A DNA stretch of 64,000 bases, taken from assembly GCA_035448245.1 (NCBI GenBank), contig DAOTIQ010000001.1, positions 40,568 through 104,567 on the forward strand. The letters run 5' to 3'. A model generated the notes under the pieces. It worked only from the letters and a program-made list of their open reading frames with translations, ran no database searches and was not told where the DNA came from. The translations under genes and the position numbers were made by a program. Origin of the DNA: Thermovirgaceae bacterium (GTDB taxonomy: Bacteria > Synergistota > Synergistia > Synergistales > Thermovirgaceae). Shown here in pieces: positions 62,311-64,000 of the stretch; position 1 is the stretch's first letter, and every line of letters begins with the position of its first letter.

Positions 62311-63651
62311 ATGAGCAACGGAACAGAACGCGAACAGTGGGGTTCGAAACTCGGTTTTGTCCTCGCGGCCGCAGGGTCGGCCGTAGGGCTCGGTAACATC
62401 TGGCGTTTTCCTTACATTACTGGACAGAATGGCGGAGCGGCATTTGTGCTTCTTTACCTGGCGCTGGTCTTCGTGATCGGATTCTCCGTAATGCTTGCGG
62501 AGATAGCTATCGGTCGTAACGCCCAGCTCAACGCCGTAGGCTCCTTCAGGAAGATCAAGGGCGGGATTTGGCCACTGGTCGGATGGATGGGTGTCATCGC
62601 CGGCTTCATCATCCTGTCCTACTACGGCGTCATCGCCGGATGGACGATGGCATACATCCTCAAATCCTTCACGGGCCTTATGGGTGCCGCTGCTGAAGGT
62701 GCAGCCGGTGACGTTTTTGGAGGCTTCATCACCAACACCGCCCAGGCCGTAGCCTGGCAGGCCCTGTTCATGGTCATCACCATCTACATTGTCTACAAGG
62801 GCATCGGCGGAGGTATCGAGAAGTACTGCAAAGTCCTCATGCCTGCACTCTTCCTGCTGCTCCTTGTCCTGATCGTCCGTTCGGTCACGCTTCCGGGAGC
62901 TGGCGAGGGCGTCAGTTTCTACCTCAAGCCCGACTTCAGCAAACTGACAGCCGGAGCCATGGGCAGTGCCCTGGGCCAGGCCTTCTTCTCACTCTCCCTT
63001 GGCATGGGCTGCATGATCACCTATGGAAGTTACCTCGGCAAGAAGGAGATGCTTCCCGGCGCGGCGATCCAGGTCTGCTTCCTCGATTCCCTCGTGGCGT
63101 TCCTTGCCGGGCTTGTCATTTTCCCCGCGGTGTTTGCCTTTGGTCTTGATGCCGGAGCAGGCCCGGGCCTCACGTTCATCACTCTTCCCAACGTATTTGC
63201 CCAGATGCCTGGTGGAGCGGTCTGGTCAGCCATGTTCTTCCTTCTCCTTTTTGTTGCTGCTCTCACATCGGCAATATCCCTGCTTGAGGTTGTTGCCGCC
63301 TACTTTATCGACGAGATGAAGTGGACACGCTCCAAGGCCGCGTGGGTCATGGGCGGGGTCATCTTCCTTCTGGGTATTCCTTCGACGCTTGGTATCTCCG
63401 GAGTCATCCCCAAACTCGCCGGAAGGGATTTCCTTGATTCAGCGGACTTCCTCGCATCCAACGTGTTGCTTCCCCTCGGCGGATTCTTTATTGCCCTTTT
63501 CGTGGGCTGGATCTGGACCGATGGAGCCAAGCAGGAGGTCGAGAACGGCGGAGCCGCCCCGTTTGGACTTTACGTCCCATGGCTCTGGGTCTGCCGTGTC
63601 GTTGCGCCCCTTGCCATTGCCTACATCTTTATCACGGGCCTCAAGTGGTAG
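62311..63651 (+). CDS. sodium-dependent transporter, neurotransmitter:sodium symporter (SNF/NSS) family
   Basis: WGSKLGFVLAAAGSAVGLGNIWRFPY....NGG.AF hallmark; about 12 TM. Confidence 0.92.
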   Translation: MSNGTEREQWGSKLGFVLAAAGSAVGLGNIWRFPYITGQNGGAAFVLLYLALVFVIGFSVMLAEIAIGRNAQLNAVGSFRKIKGGIWPLVGWMGVIAGFIILSYYGVIAGWTMAYILKSFTGLMGAAAEGAAGDVFGGFITNTAQAVAWQALFMVITIYIVYKGIGGGIEKYCKVLMPALFLLLLVLIVRSVTLPGAGEGVSFYLKPDFSKLTAGAMGSALGQAFFSLSLGMGCMITYGSYLGKKEMLPGAAIQVCFLDSLVAFLAGLVIFPAVFAFGLDAGAGPGLTFITLPNVFAQMPGGAVWSAMFFLLLFVAALTSAISLLEVVAAYFIDEMKWTRSKAAWVMGGVIFLLGIPSTLGISGVIPKLAGRDFLDSADFLASNVLLPLGGFFIALFVGWIWTDGAKQEVENGGAAPFGLYVPWLWVCRVVAPLAIAYIFITGLKW

Positions 63652-63670
63652 GGTAAATACAGGACCAGAA

Positions 63671-63697
63671 GCGGGGGCCATGGCCCCCGCTTTTTTT
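63671..63697 (+). terminator. intrinsic terminator
   Basis: Perfect palindromic stem gcgggggcca / tggcccccgc followed by T7. Confidence 0.9.
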
Positions 63698-63756
63698 ATA
63701 AGCGTTGACCTTTGTTCGCTATCATGAGAAAATAACCAAAGAGTTACTGGATGAAG

Positions 63757-63957
63757 GCTGTGAGAGATGCTCCCCGCAGGTCTGTCCCAGGGCGGGGGGA
63801 GCCGAAGGGGCAAGCTCCTAAAGGGGCGAAACTCTCAGGCGAAAGGATCGCAGCTGGACAAGTCTCTGGACAGGCGCGTAGAGGCGCTGGAGGCTCCGGG
63901 CAAGTTCCCGGGTCTGCTGGACAGAGAACCCACCTATTTGCAAAATAGGGGGTTTTT
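63757..63957 (+). promoter_or_regulatory. glycine riboswitch: canonical aptamer 1, degenerate aptamer 2, terminator hairpin
   Basis: Aptamer 1 (63757-63854) has P1 GCUGUG/CGCAGC, GAGAG, GCCGAAGGGGCAA and ACUCUCAGGCGAAAGGAUCG. Aptamer-2-like unit (63863-63927) has UCUCUGGACAG...CUCCGGGCAAG...GGACAGAGA. The hairpin CCTATTT-gca-AAATAGG plus GGGTTTTT spans 63933-63957. The regulated gene lies beyond nt 64000. Confidence 0.8.
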
Positions 63958-64000
63958 CGGTGTTCCAGAAAATCGAGTGCCTTACAAATAACGCCGTACT

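Noticed and set aside
63751-63991. Two overlapping small ORFs (65 and 74 aa) after the NSS transporter
   Set aside because: - The region is explained by a glycine riboswitch plus terminator.
- The ORFs are Gly/Arg/Pro-rich and lack an RBS.
1-64000. CRISPR arrays, tRNA/rRNA genes, IS elements, integrases, prophage or toxin-antitoxin/defence modules
   Set aside because: - Every intergenic region longer than 100 nt was read. None contains direct repeats with spacers, cloverleaf-like tRNA features or terminal inverted repeats.
- No ORF translation shows transposase, recombinase, nuclease-NTPase or toxin motifs.
- Absence is judged by eye only and should be confirmed with tRNAscan-SE, Infernal, ISfinder and DefenseFinder.

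Overview
This is a dense, moderately GC-rich bacterial chromosomal window made up almost entirely of housekeeping and central-metabolism genes. All calls come from reading the ORF translations and DNA by eye; no searches were run.

**Gene order.** The order follows classic Firmicutes-type syntenies:
- hrcA-grpE-dnaK-dnaJ-prmA-rsmE-mtaB-HIT-rpsU-yqeY
- nrdR-nrdD-nrdG
- rpsF-ssb-rpsR-yybS-rplI-dnaB
- yggS-divIVA-recG-recX-rny-ymdB

The metabolic content is 2-oxoacid:ferredoxin oxidoreductase, tryptophanase-family lyase, a Liv ABC transporter, type III glutamine synthetase, hypCDE and anaerobic RNR. This fits an anaerobic amino-acid fermenter, possibly Synergistota-like, but the phylum cannot be fixed without a search.

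**Not found.** I saw no rRNA, tRNA, CRISPR array, transposase, integrase, prophage or recognisable defence/toxin module.

**Non-coding highlights.**
- A perfect CIRCE operator behind a consensus promoter in front of hrcA.
- An NrdR box abutting an extended -10 element in front of nrdR.
- A glycine riboswitch with a degenerate second aptamer and a terminator at the 3' edge. Its regulated gene lies off-window.
- A triple GTATAC operator-like array in the divergent GntR/SDR promoter region.
- Many GC-rich intrinsic terminators, often bidirectional.

**Best candidate for undescribed biology.** This is a GntR-flanked five-gene operon (41541-47217): two SDR oxidoreductases, a clearly diverged glycine-decarboxylase P-protein pair (subunits 1 and 2) with no T/H/L partners nearby, and a translationally coupled AcoX-type ATP-NAD-kinase-like protein.

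Secondary curiosities:
- An exported superoxide-reductase-like mini-protein co-transcribed with the oxidoreductase genes.
- An orphan ParB-like protein translationally coupled to a Wzy_C/O-antigen-ligase-like membrane protein.
- An orphan hypCDE set.

Nothing here looks like a mobile or defence island, and I do not claim one.
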